Both the position numbers and the translations under genes were made by a program. Below, one piece after another: positions 46,362-55,759 of a DNA stretch of 64,000 nucleotides. This DNA is from a virus (lineage: Duplodnaviria > Caudoviricetes), in the IMG/VR virus record IMGVR_UViG_3300025715_000361, positions 11,939-75,938 of that record; one strand, written 5' to 3'. Position 1 is the stretch's first letter. Every line of letters begins with the position of its first letter. The notes below the pieces were generated by a model. That model had not been told where the DNA came from, searched no databases, and saw only the letters and a program-made list of their open reading frames with translations.

Positions 46362-47132
46362 TTATAAGAAAGGTGTTGCTTGTGCCATGTATTTGTCGAT
46401 GTTCCCGAAAATATGGCATTCATTTGGGATGGCATAAAAATAAGCCGCTTGTGCCATGTATGCGTAGCATCTGAAATAAAACTGATAATTATCAAGTTCT
46501 GCCATTAAATAATTTTGTATTCCTGCAAGACCGTCATTGCTGTGATAACACGCAACGCTGATTTTTGGGCGAAGTTCTTTTATCCTTTGCATATTTACGT
46601 GTAGACTTGGAAGCTCCATTCCTTCTGAATGGAAGTCCCATATTCTTCCGTTGTAAAAATACTGAATTTTTTTTCTTCTAAAAACGTCCTCCAATGTGGA
46701 AGGTTTCTTTTTATGGTGGAACAATGTATCATTCGATATTACTTCCTCGTAATCCATCAGATTCGTTCTCTCGTTTCTGAAATCAAGAAAGGAAAGGTAT
46801 TGTCGCCGAGATTCACCAAGCAATTTCCCTTTTACGCCAGATACGTGTAAATTGTATCCATCCCATTCCCATCCATTTCTCAAGTCTAAATATCTGTATC
46901 GATATGTTACCCACATCCAACACGGGTATATTCTGGAATATCCCCTTTCTGACAGAAACTTTGCAGACCGTGAATAAGGTTGTGTTGCTATGCAAACCAA
47001 GCCGATGTCCTTTGGGTTTGCACTACGCATATTCTCTGAATTGCAAATGATTGATTCATACCCCACCATTTGGTTGATTTCATGAATCAATTTTCCAAGA
47101 TCACCATCTCCGTAACATACAATCATTGCCAT
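46362..47132 (-). CDS. FkbM-like methyltransferase, apparently internally deleted
   Basis: SEGMEL...RPKISVACYH...YQFYFR..YFYAIP C-terminus; no SAM-binding DxGA motif seen. Confidence 0.55.
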   Translation of the reverse strand: MAMIVCYGDGDLGKLIHEINQMVGYESIICNSENMRSANPKDIGLVCIATQPYSRSAKFLSERGYSRIYPCWMWVTYRYRYLDLRNGWEWDGYNLHVSGVKGKLLGESRRQYLSFLDFRNERTNLMDYEEVISNDTLFHHKKKPSTLEDVFRRKKIQYFYNGRIWDFHSEGMELPSLHVNMQRIKELRPKISVACYHSNDGLAGIQNYLMAELDNYQFYFRCYAYMAQAAYFYAIPNECHIFGNIDKYMAQATPFL

Positions 47133-47446
47133 TGCTCCATGACGGCTTCCCTTATGTTTTGCGGGTGCATTTCAAGCCATTCACATATCTGGTCGAAGTG
47201 GTCATGCTCTGTCATGATGAACCTTCTCGCCTGATCACGTTCCCTTGACAGGATAACCCGTTCCCACCTTTTGTTGTCCTCGTTTTTGTACCGCTTAAGC
47301 GTTGCGTCAATATCCATCTTTGAAATTTCTATTGCTACGAACAACACTTCTCTCCATAAATCTCTTTCTCCGGAAATTTCACATATTCTTTCTTTCGGGT
47401 CATAACTTGCGAATGTATGTTTTTTGTCTTGTTCGCAAATTTTCAT
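47123..47446 (-). CDS. Hypothetical phage protein
   Basis: ERDLWREVLFVA; FDQICEWL. Confidence 0.6.
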   Translation of the reverse strand: MKICEQDKKHTFASYDPKERICEISGERDLWREVLFVAIEISKMDIDATLKRYKNEDNKRWERVILSRERDQARRFIMTEHDHFDQICEWLEMHPQNIREAVMEQWQ

Positions 47447-48402
47447 TTAGCCTCCATGCTTTCTATTTTCGAAAGTAACTCGTCTGAAAAGGAATCAATG
47501 TCATCTGGGCTACCATGTGTAAGTTGACCACAATTTCCACAGAATGGATGAAATCTCCTGCGGTGCATAAGCATCATTTTTTGAAAGTGCATATGGTTTT
47601 TGCCATTCCATATGTCTGCGATATTCTGTGATTGAATGTTCCCGAGTATCAGCCTTCTTTGCCAATCCAGAAAGCAAAGGCTTACCGATCCATCAGAGTT
47701 GATTGCTATGGAATAAAAAACATATGGGCAGACAGTTACACTTGTAAGGGAGTTGCCATATATCCCATACTCAACTGATTCACGGAGAACGCTAAAATTA
47801 GGCCAACATGGTGCAAGATGTTCGACTGACATGGATGTGGCAATCTTGTCAAAATCTTCGTAGAATTTATCAATCCTTCCACATGGAAGCCCTTCATCTA
47901 TTATTTTCACATGGATTTCCATTTTTTCGGAAAACACAAACAACTCCCCAACCAGATCGACATATTTCTGGTCATATGATTGAGGCACGGAAATGAATAT
48001 TTTGGTCAATCCGCATTGGGCAATGTTCCGTACGTGTTCACCAGTGAACACCTTCCCGTTTGTAGTTGTGTCGATATGGTTGAAGCATCCTGCATCTGCG
48101 GCATACTTTACCATTTCATAGAAGTGTGGGTTTAAAAGAGGTTCACCGTCTTTATACATCCTCAATGTTTTGATCTTCCCCATCTGTTTCAGTTGATCGA
48201 CAGATTTTTTGAAAGTGGTCATGCTCATGAATTGAGGATAGCGGTATTTTCTTACCATTGATCGGTTTCCTGTCGGGCAATGTTTGCATTCCGAATTACA
48301 AATATCCGAAGGATCAAGAAACACAAGGTAAGGCACGTTTAAAGGAATTACGGTTTCAAGTCTGGTTCTGTCGGAACCTATTCGTGGTGAGATTATTGCC
48401 AT
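47443..48402 (-). CDS. Radical SAM/SPASM protein
   Basis: CNSECKHC; CPYVFYSIAINSDGSVSLC...LGNI...CGNC. Confidence 0.88.
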   Translation of the reverse strand: MAIISPRIGSDRTRLETVIPLNVPYLVFLDPSDICNSECKHCPTGNRSMVRKYRYPQFMSMTTFKKSVDQLKQMGKIKTLRMYKDGEPLLNPHFYEMVKYAADAGCFNHIDTTTNGKVFTGEHVRNIAQCGLTKIFISVPQSYDQKYVDLVGELFVFSEKMEIHVKIIDEGLPCGRIDKFYEDFDKIATSMSVEHLAPCWPNFSVLRESVEYGIYGNSLTSVTVCPYVFYSIAINSDGSVSLCFLDWQRRLILGNIQSQNIADIWNGKNHMHFQKMMLMHRRRFHPFCGNCGQLTHGSPDDIDSFSDELLSKIESMEAK

Positions 48403-48473
48403 TGATACTCCTTTTTAATCGGGGGATTTCTCCCCCGATCAGGGTAAATTGCTTCACAAAGGTATGCTACAAA

Positions 48474-48824
48474 CTAACAGGGTTTAGGTTTCTTTACTTT
48501 GCCCATCGCTTCACCCCCTTTCAATATATCTGGAGTCACAAATACACCGCCTTCAGGCATCGCATTCATTTGATTGAATGAGATCAACTCATCGAGTTTC
48601 TTCTGAAGCGGCTCAATGATATGTTCATCACGTATCTTTTCTCTTTCTTTAAATTTCCTTATTTCCAAATCCTTTTTTACAATGATTTCCATGAGCCTCA
48701 ACACCCATTCTTTCCGCATAATGGTATTTGGGGCGAGTACCATCTCTTTTACCATCACAATGAATTCTTGGTCATTCATGTGTTCACCCTCTACATTCAT
48801 GTGTTCACCCTCTATACATGCCAC
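48474..48824 (-). CDS. Hypothetical protein with duplicated start region
   Basis: MNVEGEH repeated; coiled coil. Confidence 0.55.
   Translation of the reverse strand: MACIEGEHMNVEGEHMNDQEFIVMVKEMVLAPNTIMRKEWVLRLMEIIVKKDLEIRKFKEREKIRDEHIIEPLQKKLDELISFNQMNAMPEGGVFVTPDILKGGEAMGKVKKPKPC
48773..48814. repeat. Exact 21-bp tandem duplication covering an RBS and ATG
   Basis: CATTCATGTGTTCACCCTCTA x2. Confidence 0.95.
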
Positions 48825-48831
48825 ACCGGTT

Positions 48832-48879
48832 CAATCTAAAGTCAATCTAACGCCAATCTAAATTTGCGATCTTAGATTG
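48832..48879. repeat. CAATCTAA cluster at the ATPase 3' end
   Basis: Direct copies at 48832, 48843, 48854; inverted TTAGATTG at 48872. Confidence 0.85.
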
Positions 48880-50040
48880 AGCACACATTTGGAAATCCAG
48901 GTCGGGGGTCAACTGGCCCAATCGAAGCAATTCTCCTGCCGTGTAAAGTCTGTCGCGAATAGCCGATCTTCCGGCATCGTCCAACGGCCCGATCTTGGTT
49001 TCACCATTCACGCTTGCCACGCCCAGAATGCAATTGTCACCGATTTCTTTGTCATCCAACAGATCAGGGCTATGGCTGGTAACGATCACCTGCGTATTCA
49101 CTGAGGCAATACGCAGGGCATCCCGGAGCACCCCCGCTGCGCCCGGATGCACTGCCACTTCCGGCTCCTCGATTCCGACAAGTGGAACTTTTTGGGAAAT
49201 GCCGTTTGCCGATTGGAAAAGGGCCGTCAACACGCCCAACGCCCTGAGTGTCCCGTCCGACATGTTTTCCGCCATGAACCGCCAGGGGTCTTTATTCCTG
49301 CCGACCAATTGCCGGAACTCCAAGGTCTCTTTTTTACCGACATGTTTCGCGGTCACATTTTGAACGCCGGGAACAACCTTCGAAAGAAATTCCTCGATTC
49401 GCTTTCGTGAAGGTTCATTTTCCTTGGCCATGAAACTGAGCACGCTTGCTAGATTTCCGCCGTCGCGTCGCAGGACTTCTCCGGTATCCGGCGGTTGCAA
49501 CTCGCGAATCTCGTCAGGATTCAGATTGTAGAATCCCATGTGCGAAAGCGCATCGTACAGCGGCCGAAAATCCGGCAATCCGGCAGCGGCAACGAGATAA
49601 AGACGATCCCTGGAAGCAGGAGGCATGGTCGACATGTGGGCACGAACAACATTTCCGGAAACAACCTTGAAAAACGATTCCCCGGATATTTTGCACTCTT
49701 CGTGTTGTACCTCAAATCCACCTTTCTCCTGGGCGCCGACGCGAAAAGCATAAACCCCCGTCGATCCATCAAAAAGGTAGAATTCAAGGCGAATTCCGAA
49801 GTGAGTGGGATGCCCGGCTGAACGGCGACGGACCTCGTTAATGCCCCCGCGCTCGCGCAAGGCATGATCGAGTGATGTGTTCAGGGACTCCGTTACCAGA
49901 CGCAAGGCATCAAGAAAATTGCTTTTCCCTGCACCGTTCGGTCCGACAAGAAAATTCAGAGGTCCAAGTTCGACGGAACATTTGGCGATGCTCTTATAGT
50001 TTGTCAATATAACTCGCTTCAGAAATATTGGATGAGTCAT
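48847..50040 (-). CDS. ABC/SMC-type AAA ATPase (AAA_21-like)
   Basis: GPNGAGKSN, MSDGT signature, IEEPE Walker B, VTSHS; GAGGAG RBS before MTHP; GC-richer than neighbours. Confidence 0.9.
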   Translation of the reverse strand: MTHPIFLKRVILTNYKSIAKCSVELGPLNFLVGPNGAGKSNFLDALRLVTESLNTSLDHALRERGGINEVRRRSAGHPTHFGIRLEFYLFDGSTGVYAFRVGAQEKGGFEVQHEECKISGESFFKVVSGNVVRAHMSTMPPASRDRLYLVAAAGLPDFRPLYDALSHMGFYNLNPDEIRELQPPDTGEVLRRDGGNLASVLSFMAKENEPSRKRIEEFLSKVVPGVQNVTAKHVGKKETLEFRQLVGRNKDPWRFMAENMSDGTLRALGVLTALFQSANGISQKVPLVGIEEPEVAVHPGAAGVLRDALRIASVNTQVIVTSHSPDLLDDKEIGDNCILGVASVNGETKIGPLDDAGRSAIRDRLYTAGELLRLGQLTPDLDFQMCAQSKIANLDWR

Positions 50041-50131
50041 AATTTTCTCCTCTTCAGGATTACACCCGCAACTCATAGCATTATGTAAAGTATTCATTTC
50101 ATGCTTCCTCTAAGTTTTTTTATCTTTCCAC
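49995..50131. repeat. About 130-bp direct repeat, copy 1
   Basis: Matches 59606-59735 apart from 1 substitution and 6-nt and 1-nt indels. Confidence 0.95.
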
Positions 50132-50149
50132 CACGAGCGATAAACTCTT

Positions 50150-50797
50150 TCACACCTTTCTGCTGAATGATCGCACTCCCGGCACACGCATTTCCAGTTT
50201 CTCATGCTCTGCCTTTTCACGAAGCCATGTCATGTTTGGCAGAATGGATTGAACGGAAACCTTACCTTCCGCAACTGCTTTTACAAGCTCCATCAGATCG
50301 GTTACTTCCGCACTCCAAATTTCCCTGAACCGTACCTTTGACTTTTCCCGTGGAATGATTACCGGAGCAACATTAATCGTTTGTGACAAGATAATTTCCG
50401 CTTCTTCCGGTGATGCTTCCATTGCATCTTGAAGGATTCTCTCTTCCTCTTTCTTTATCGCCTCTTCCCGCAATTTTCTTTCAAGTTCTATTCGCTTTCG
50501 CTCTTCTTCCATGTCATAAACAGCAATCATCTGCTTGATTGCCGTAGCTTGTTCTTTTGCGGGATCAAGGAAGGAAGCCCTCTTTGCACAAATGGCCTTC
50601 CAATGTTTGTAAGCTGAATTTGCCAGATCATCATACGCTTCTTTGATGTTTTTGCATTTTTCATTGAGAGAAAGATATACTTCCTCTGCAATACGCCTGT
50701 CCTCTTTGTTGTGGATAATGAGTGTTTTGGAGCTTTCAACGATCTCCATTGTGTTGTCCGTAAGGACTTTCAAAGAATCCAAATGGTCTGGCCTCAT
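50150..50797 (-). CDS. Conserved phage early coiled-coil protein
   Basis: 215 aa; ends MRVPGVRSF. Confidence 0.7.
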   Translation of the reverse strand: MRPDHLDSLKVLTDNTMEIVESSKTLIIHNKEDRRIAEEVYLSLNEKCKNIKEAYDDLANSAYKHWKAICAKRASFLDPAKEQATAIKQMIAVYDMEEERKRIELERKLREEAIKKEEERILQDAMEASPEEAEIILSQTINVAPVIIPREKSKVRFREIWSAEVTDLMELVKAVAEGKVSVQSILPNMTWLREKAEHEKLEMRVPGVRSFSRKV

Positions 50798-51339
50798 AAG
50801 TTATTCCTCTTCCAATGGTGGATAGCTACTGCGGATTTGAAAATGTACCGATCCATGCGGTCATTAAACTCTTTTAAACGGTATGCTCCACCGCTATTAA
50901 GTTGCAGTGCGAACCGTTTTAACGGCTTGTCATAAAGGATTTCATAAGCGGCAAGCTGTAAGCCTACGGCACGGTTTAGTTTTCCGGTTTTGATGTCGAG
51001 GACTGCCGGCGTTCCGTTCATCTTCCCGATCTGATCTGGGGTTCCGGCAAATTGAGAGCATCCAAACGGCTGTTCGATAATATCCGCTTCCCAGTAAAAT
51101 TGAGATTCGAAATTCTTCCATGCGTCCATGTATCCCGTAAGGGATTGGTGGATAGCCATGCAGTGGGCTTTCTGGCAATGATTCTTGATATGGAGATGCA
51201 CGGCACTCCCCCGCTGTCTCCCATCGTCCGTGAACCATCCGATGTCTATGAACCCTTCACTCACCAGAATCCTTGATACGCTCGGTACTTCCACGCCGTC
51301 ATAAATGTAAGTGTGTGTTTCTTGATCAAACTCAAGCAT
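50794..51339 (-). CDS. PD-(D/E)XK exonuclease-like protein
   Basis: HTYIYDGVEVPSVS, FAGTPD, LDIKTG, QLAAY. Confidence 0.8.
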   Translation of the reverse strand: MLEFDQETHTYIYDGVEVPSVSRILVSEGFIDIGWFTDDGRQRGSAVHLHIKNHCQKAHCMAIHQSLTGYMDAWKNFESQFYWEADIIEQPFGCSQFAGTPDQIGKMNGTPAVLDIKTGKLNRAVGLQLAAYEILYDKPLKRFALQLNSGGAYRLKEFNDRMDRYIFKSAVAIHHWKRNNL

Positions 51340-51793
51340 TCAACGCCCCCAATGTAATCTTCTTCCCGTCTTTCCGGTAAGATTCGCAGATTCCCCAAGT
51401 AACCGACAAGTCCTTGTACATAAGTTCTTTAAAATCCTTTTTCGTCATGCCGTGCTCAACAAGCCATTGTTTTGCGGATACGTTTCTTTCGTACAAATAT
51501 TTGTGGAAAATCTTCATATGGTCGGAAATCATGGTTCTTCCCTGAAGCGTTTCAGCAAACTGGTGACAGGACATTGACAATTGCGTTCCCCTGTCATTTG
51601 CCCATTTGCAAACAGGTATTCCGTTTCTCCAATCCCACCTTAACAAATATATCTTCCGTTTTGCCGCCCAATGGTGGCACTCTATTTCATAGTGGTTTAC
51701 GTCTGCCTCGCAGAAGAAACATTTGTTTCCATGCACCGCAAGCACTGTTTTTCTCCAAAGCACATTCAGATTGCTGTCGCTTGTTCCTCGCAT
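51332..51793 (-). CDS. NinG/HNH-like nuclease
   Basis: CFFC...ECHH...RWDWRNGIPVC; start overlaps previous stop (TGATG). Confidence 0.65.
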   Translation of the reverse strand: MRGTSDSNLNVLWRKTVLAVHGNKCFFCEADVNHYEIECHHWAAKRKIYLLRWDWRNGIPVCKWANDRGTQLSMSCHQFAETLQGRTMISDHMKIFHKYLYERNVSAKQWLVEHGMTKKDFKELMYKDLSVTWGICESYRKDGKKITLGALNA

Positions 51794-52020
51794 CAGTCTA
51801 TTATTGCCTCCCGCAAACTGCCTGTTTGACCAGACCTTCTCCAGAAAATGCACCCTTTTTCAAAGTCTTGGACTGTCCATTTGGTGCTACCGCTTGCGAT
51901 CTCATGGTAGATCATATCTAACCATTTTTCCGCTTTTCTGGTTTCTTCCGTTGGGTTCCAGACTCCACCCTCTATGATCTTGTTCCGTTCCCGTAAAAGG
52001 ATTTCGTCCAGTTCGATCAC
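51793..52020 (-). CDS. Hypothetical protein
   Basis: 75 aa, coupled to neighbours. Confidence 0.6.
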   Translation of the reverse strand: MIELDEILLRERNKIIEGGVWNPTEETRKAEKWLDMIYHEIASGSTKWTVQDFEKGCIFWRRSGQTGSLREAIID

Positions 52021-52853
52021 TTCTTTTTTCGCCTGTCTCGTGCCGCTTGATTTGCGAGAAATGCCAGAGGGATTCTTTCTTTTGATCCCCTGTTGTAAAG
52101 CTCCTCAAGCATATCTAAATACTGATCCATCGTAGCCTTTTTTTCGAAAAAACTCTTATACGTGGTAATCTTCTGTTTCAAGCGTGTCAAACTGAAACCT
52201 TCAGCAAGGCATACACGGCTGATTGCCCCCACAAGATGATAATTGGTTGCAAACTTAATCCCGTTTGCACCTAAATGTTTAATTACATCCCGCACAACTT
52301 CTGCATGGTTAGATTTTTTGTTTACCTTCCACTTCCCGTTTTGGAATGACCTGTCTGTTCCCCTGTCTTTTGCGACTAACCCGCTCAATAAGAGTGCGGA
52401 TTGTGATATTCCAATTCCGGTTTCGCTTACATAATCTCTCAACACTATGTAATCTTCTACCCCCTGCCTACAATAACAGCCAAGATAATCTTCTGCATTC
52501 CATGTGGGATGTCCCCCTTTTTGTAGATCGAATATTGTAAGACCATCGTTGGCAATGACGTATTTTGCCGGTATCCCTAACTTTCTTGCAATTTCAAGCC
52601 TGTGGTGTCCATTTTTAACGATAAGTTTCCCATCGATTTCGTCAACGTTCATTGGTTCGGCATCGCTCCAGCCTTTTTCCCGCATGATATGTTCAAGTTG
52701 TTTGGTTTTTATTTTGTCGAAATTAACGGTTCTGTTAATTGGGTTTAATACAAACATATCGTAGTCCATTGTCTCTTCTATTGTTTTTTTAACCATCATA
52801 TTCCCCTCCTTTTCCCTCGGTGTTTTAAACACATAAAAACCCATTTTATCCAT
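52017..52853 (-). CDS. ParB/Srx N-terminal domain protein
   Basis: NRTVN...EPMNV...VKNGHHRLEIARKLG. Confidence 0.8.
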   Translation of the reverse strand: MDKMGFYVFKTPREKEGNMMVKKTIEETMDYDMFVLNPINRTVNFDKIKTKQLEHIMREKGWSDAEPMNVDEIDGKLIVKNGHHRLEIARKLGIPAKYVIANDGLTIFDLQKGGHPTWNAEDYLGCYCRQGVEDYIVLRDYVSETGIGISQSALLLSGLVAKDRGTDRSFQNGKWKVNKKSNHAEVVRDVIKHLGANGIKFATNYHLVGAISRVCLAEGFSLTRLKQKITTYKSFFEKKATMDQYLDMLEELYNRGSKERIPLAFLANQAARDRRKKK

Positions 52854-53388
52854 CTTTTATAAACTTCCCGCACCGCACGCATTTAAGCCAGTTTTCCGTA
52901 TTGATATGATCGCAATTATCGGATGTTGGCTTCCCCTTGTGTGCCTTGATGTGGTTTTCCAAATCTTTAACAGTCAGTTCTTTTGCGGCGTGAAGCCATT
53001 CCAATGCGTTTTCCTCTTCTGCTCCTATCAACGGAGCAATCAAGGAAAGCTTCGAAAAGTCGATGGACTTGATAAGTTCGGCATGATTTCGAATCATGGG
53101 ACTGAAAGCATCCCAGATGTAAATCATCCTCTTTGCATTGGAAGTCTTGATCTTCAGTTCCTTTTCCACCCATTCGTAGAAGTTCCTCGCATCAGAACCG
53201 TCATCCTTCCAATCTTCAGCTACCTTTGCGGTAGAAAGAAAGTACCCTGTAATCATGTAGCTTTCTGTGCCCCGCAAGAAGTTTTCGATGATTGCAACAC
53301 GCCTACCAAAAGCATCGCATTTCCATTTTAACGCCTCTTCCAGAGTTACTGGCACCTTTGTGATCGAAACTTCATTTTTCATCATCAA
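52846..53388 (-). CDS. Hypothetical protein with C-terminal Cys/His cluster
   Basis: CDH...CVRC. Confidence 0.65.
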   Translation of the reverse strand: MMMKNEVSITKVPVTLEEALKWKCDAFGRRVAIIENFLRGTESYMITGYFLSTAKVAEDWKDDGSDARNFYEWVEKELKIKTSNAKRMIYIWDAFSPMIRNHAELIKSIDFSKLSLIAPLIGAEEENALEWLHAAKELTVKDLENHIKAHKGKPTSDNCDHINTENWLKCVRCGKFIKDG

Positions 53389-53599
53389 TCTCCTTATATT
53401 CTATTTCTGTTTTAATGGTAAAATTGTCTTGTTTTTCCCAATCGAACATCCTGAACACAATGCTCGGATCAACACCGTCACGATTTGCCAGAGCATGGCA
53501 CATCATCACCCATGCCTGTTTCTTGCTGTGAGCTTTTCGAAATAGCTCTACCGCACGTTTTGGGTACGAAAACAGTCCATAATAGAGTGAGAATGCCAT
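53372..53599 (-). CDS. Hypothetical protein
   Basis: 75 aa in operon. Confidence 0.6.
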   Translation of the reverse strand: MAFSLYYGLFSYPKRAVELFRKAHSKKQAWVMMCHALANRDGVDPSIVFRMFDWEKQDNFTIKTEIEYKEIDDEK

Positions 53600-53669
53600 A
53601 TACCTTTCAAACCCACCAAAACTGAAACAAAAAACCTAATGATTTCAATATGAATTTGCGCACACTTTT

Positions 53670-53936
53670 TCAAACTGGTACGTTGTTACGTCCTTGTGTG
53701 CATTTGTGCCATTTTTCCAGCACAAATTTAGGCATCTTTCCTTTGGAAATCCAACGTCTTACGCTATTTTCATACTCTCCAATCAGTCTTGCCGTCTTTC
53801 GAACCCCGAATTTAACCATGGCCCTTGTAGCGGCTTTCATGACTTCGCTTTCTGGAGTGTTCTCCTTTCCTATCAAAATCAGGTTTGCTTGTACGCAGTA
53901 TGCACAGACGGTAGTATCGTTACACTCGCTGCTCAC
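53670..53936 (-). CDS. Small HTH-like protein
   Basis: GVRKTARLIGEYENSVRRWISKGKMP. Confidence 0.6.
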   Translation of the reverse strand: MSSECNDTTVCAYCVQANLILIGKENTPESEVMKAATRAMVKFGVRKTARLIGEYENSVRRWISKGKMPKFVLEKWHKCTQGRNNVPV

Positions 53937-54056
53937 GGTGTTCTTTGTTCAGGTGACGCCGCAGGAGCGTTTCACCCGCTTCAAAATCACAGTACCGGCA
54001 TTTCATTTGCTTGGCCCCTCTTTGTTGAGAAAAGAAAAATACTTTAAAATCTTCAT

Positions 54057-55724
54057 TCATACTTTTATCCAATCTCCGTCCTTTCTGAAGTTGCATCCCG
54101 CCACAAGTTTGAACCGCAACCACCACCCATTCGGATTCTCATGAGTGGCCCATGTTTTTGCTTTAACGATTTTTAATTCATTGTTTCTGGTTATGGTAAG
54201 GTATAGTCTTGCCCTGTTTAGCGTACCCGCACCGCCGTATCCCCAATTCTTCTCCGGATGCTTCTGGATGGCAACAAATGCCACTCCGTCTTTCAAGACA
54301 TTTGCTATGTCCCGCAAACGTGATGGCATCTTATACGCCTCTCCCTCGCTTCCCTCGTCCAGATAGTCGATGATGTTCAGACCATTCGGATCGATCTTGT
54401 CTGGAAAAGCGTCCGTGCGAAACTGGAATTTCACATCGTCCCATGATTCCAGAGGCACATTGAAATTGTTTAGCCGTTTTCTCAATTCCACTCCATCTTG
54501 CATTTCAGAGGACATATAGTTTACTTTTCTGTCCACGCAGTTCATCAATGCCACGTTAAGCAAAAAGGCAGTTTTACCGGCGTTTGATTCACCGGCAACA
54601 ACGATTATATTTCCCTTATTAACTTCCGCTACTCTTTCTATCGAACACGGCATTTTGATATGGAATGGTGTCATGTCCACATTTTTATAGTTGATAAGCT
54701 CCTCATCTCTGTCAACTATGTGATATTGCCCCCAATGTTTCCCTGTCTTTGTAATAAGACCTTCCTTGGCAAGTCTTGAAATTGCCTTCCTTACAGCATC
54801 CTTATCGTTCTTTGTCACAACTGTCACAGCTTGTACCACGTCTGTCACACTTATGTCGCCCTTTGTCACAAGTATGAAATCCCTCACTTCTGCCATGATG
54901 TTACGGTTACGATCTCCGGCCCTCTTCATTGCGGAAGAAATCTTCACGTTCACATCTTCTTGAGGATACGGTGGATTGCACCCTCTCGCAACTAACTGCA
55001 TGGTTTTTTTGATGAAATCAGGATTACACTGGTTGGATTTTACGAGGACATGGGCAAGATGAAACAAATCTTCGTCCCTTCTTCCCAGTTCAAAAAATCT
55101 GTGACCATCTGTGACATCTGTGACATTGTGTGACGATTGTGACGCATTTTCTTGAAAATTTTCGGCAATTGTGACATCACGTGTATATAGTACTTTATTA
55201 TTTATATTTATTATTGCTTTATAAAAACCGGAAGGAAACTGTGCGAGGCCGATTTCATCAAGCCCAAGTCCTTCAACCCATTGATATTTCTTGCCATTTC
55301 CGTTTACGCTTGGTGGTGCTACGATGAAATTTCCGTTACTGCGGAGGTCGATGCCGGGGAAAATGTCAGCTTTGCCGGACAAAGTGAGTCCTTCGGCCCT
55401 CATCCAGAGATGTGAACCGCCTCTTGGTGTTGTTACTGTTGGTGTGGAAAAAGTTTCTGGAAAGTATTCCAGTTCTATTGTGTTGTCGTATCCCTTTTTG
55501 TATCGGTCTAAATCAACAACATTAAGATTGCTGATGTCGCCGGTAACGATACCGATATTAGCGGTAGGCCACCGGCTCCACCATGCTTTTATTTCTTCTG
55601 CGGTTGATTTTCTGGTTTGATATTCCGTCCACTTGATAGCAGGGACTTTTTGACCGGACAATACAGGAATGACACAAAAACCCATTTCCGCATACTTCAA
55701 TGCGGATTTCAGAAGGTCTGCCAT
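54057..55724 (-). CDS. Bifunctional DNA primase/polymerase (Prim-Pol) fused to P-loop domain
   Basis: NIGIVTG, VVDLD, TPRGGSHLW, GIDLRSNGNFIVAPPS; AGESNAGKT Walker A; IIDYLD. Confidence 0.88.
   Translation of the reverse strand: MADLLKSALKYAEMGFCVIPVLSGQKVPAIKWTEYQTRKSTAEEIKAWWSRWPTANIGIVTGDISNLNVVDLDRYKKGYDNTIELEYFPETFSTPTVTTPRGGSHLWMRAEGLTLSGKADIFPGIDLRSNGNFIVAPPSVNGNGKKYQWVEGLGLDEIGLAQFPSGFYKAIININNKVLYTRDVTIAENFQENASQSSHNVTDVTDGHRFFELGRRDEDLFHLAHVLVKSNQCNPDFIKKTMQLVARGCNPPYPQEDVNVKISSAMKRAGDRNRNIMAEVRDFILVTKGDISVTDVVQAVTVVTKNDKDAVRKAISRLAKEGLITKTGKHWGQYHIVDRDEELINYKNVDMTPFHIKMPCSIERVAEVNKGNIIVVAGESNAGKTAFLLNVALMNCVDRKVNYMSSEMQDGVELRKRLNNFNVPLESWDDVKFQFRTDAFPDKIDPNGLNIIDYLDEGSEGEAYKMPSRLRDIANVLKDGVAFVAIQKHPEKNWGYGGAGTLNRARLYLTITRNNELKIVKAKTWATHENPNGWWLRFKLVAGCNFRKDGDWIKV
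54814..55230. promoter_or_regulatory. Putative replication origin inside the Prim-Pol gene
   Basis: 4x GTCACA (54814-54870), 6x TGTGAC (55100-55175), adjacent AT-rich tract (about 55184-55227). Confidence 0.6.
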
Positions 55725-55759
55725 TTCGTATCCTCAAAATTCGTCCAATGTTGGACGAA

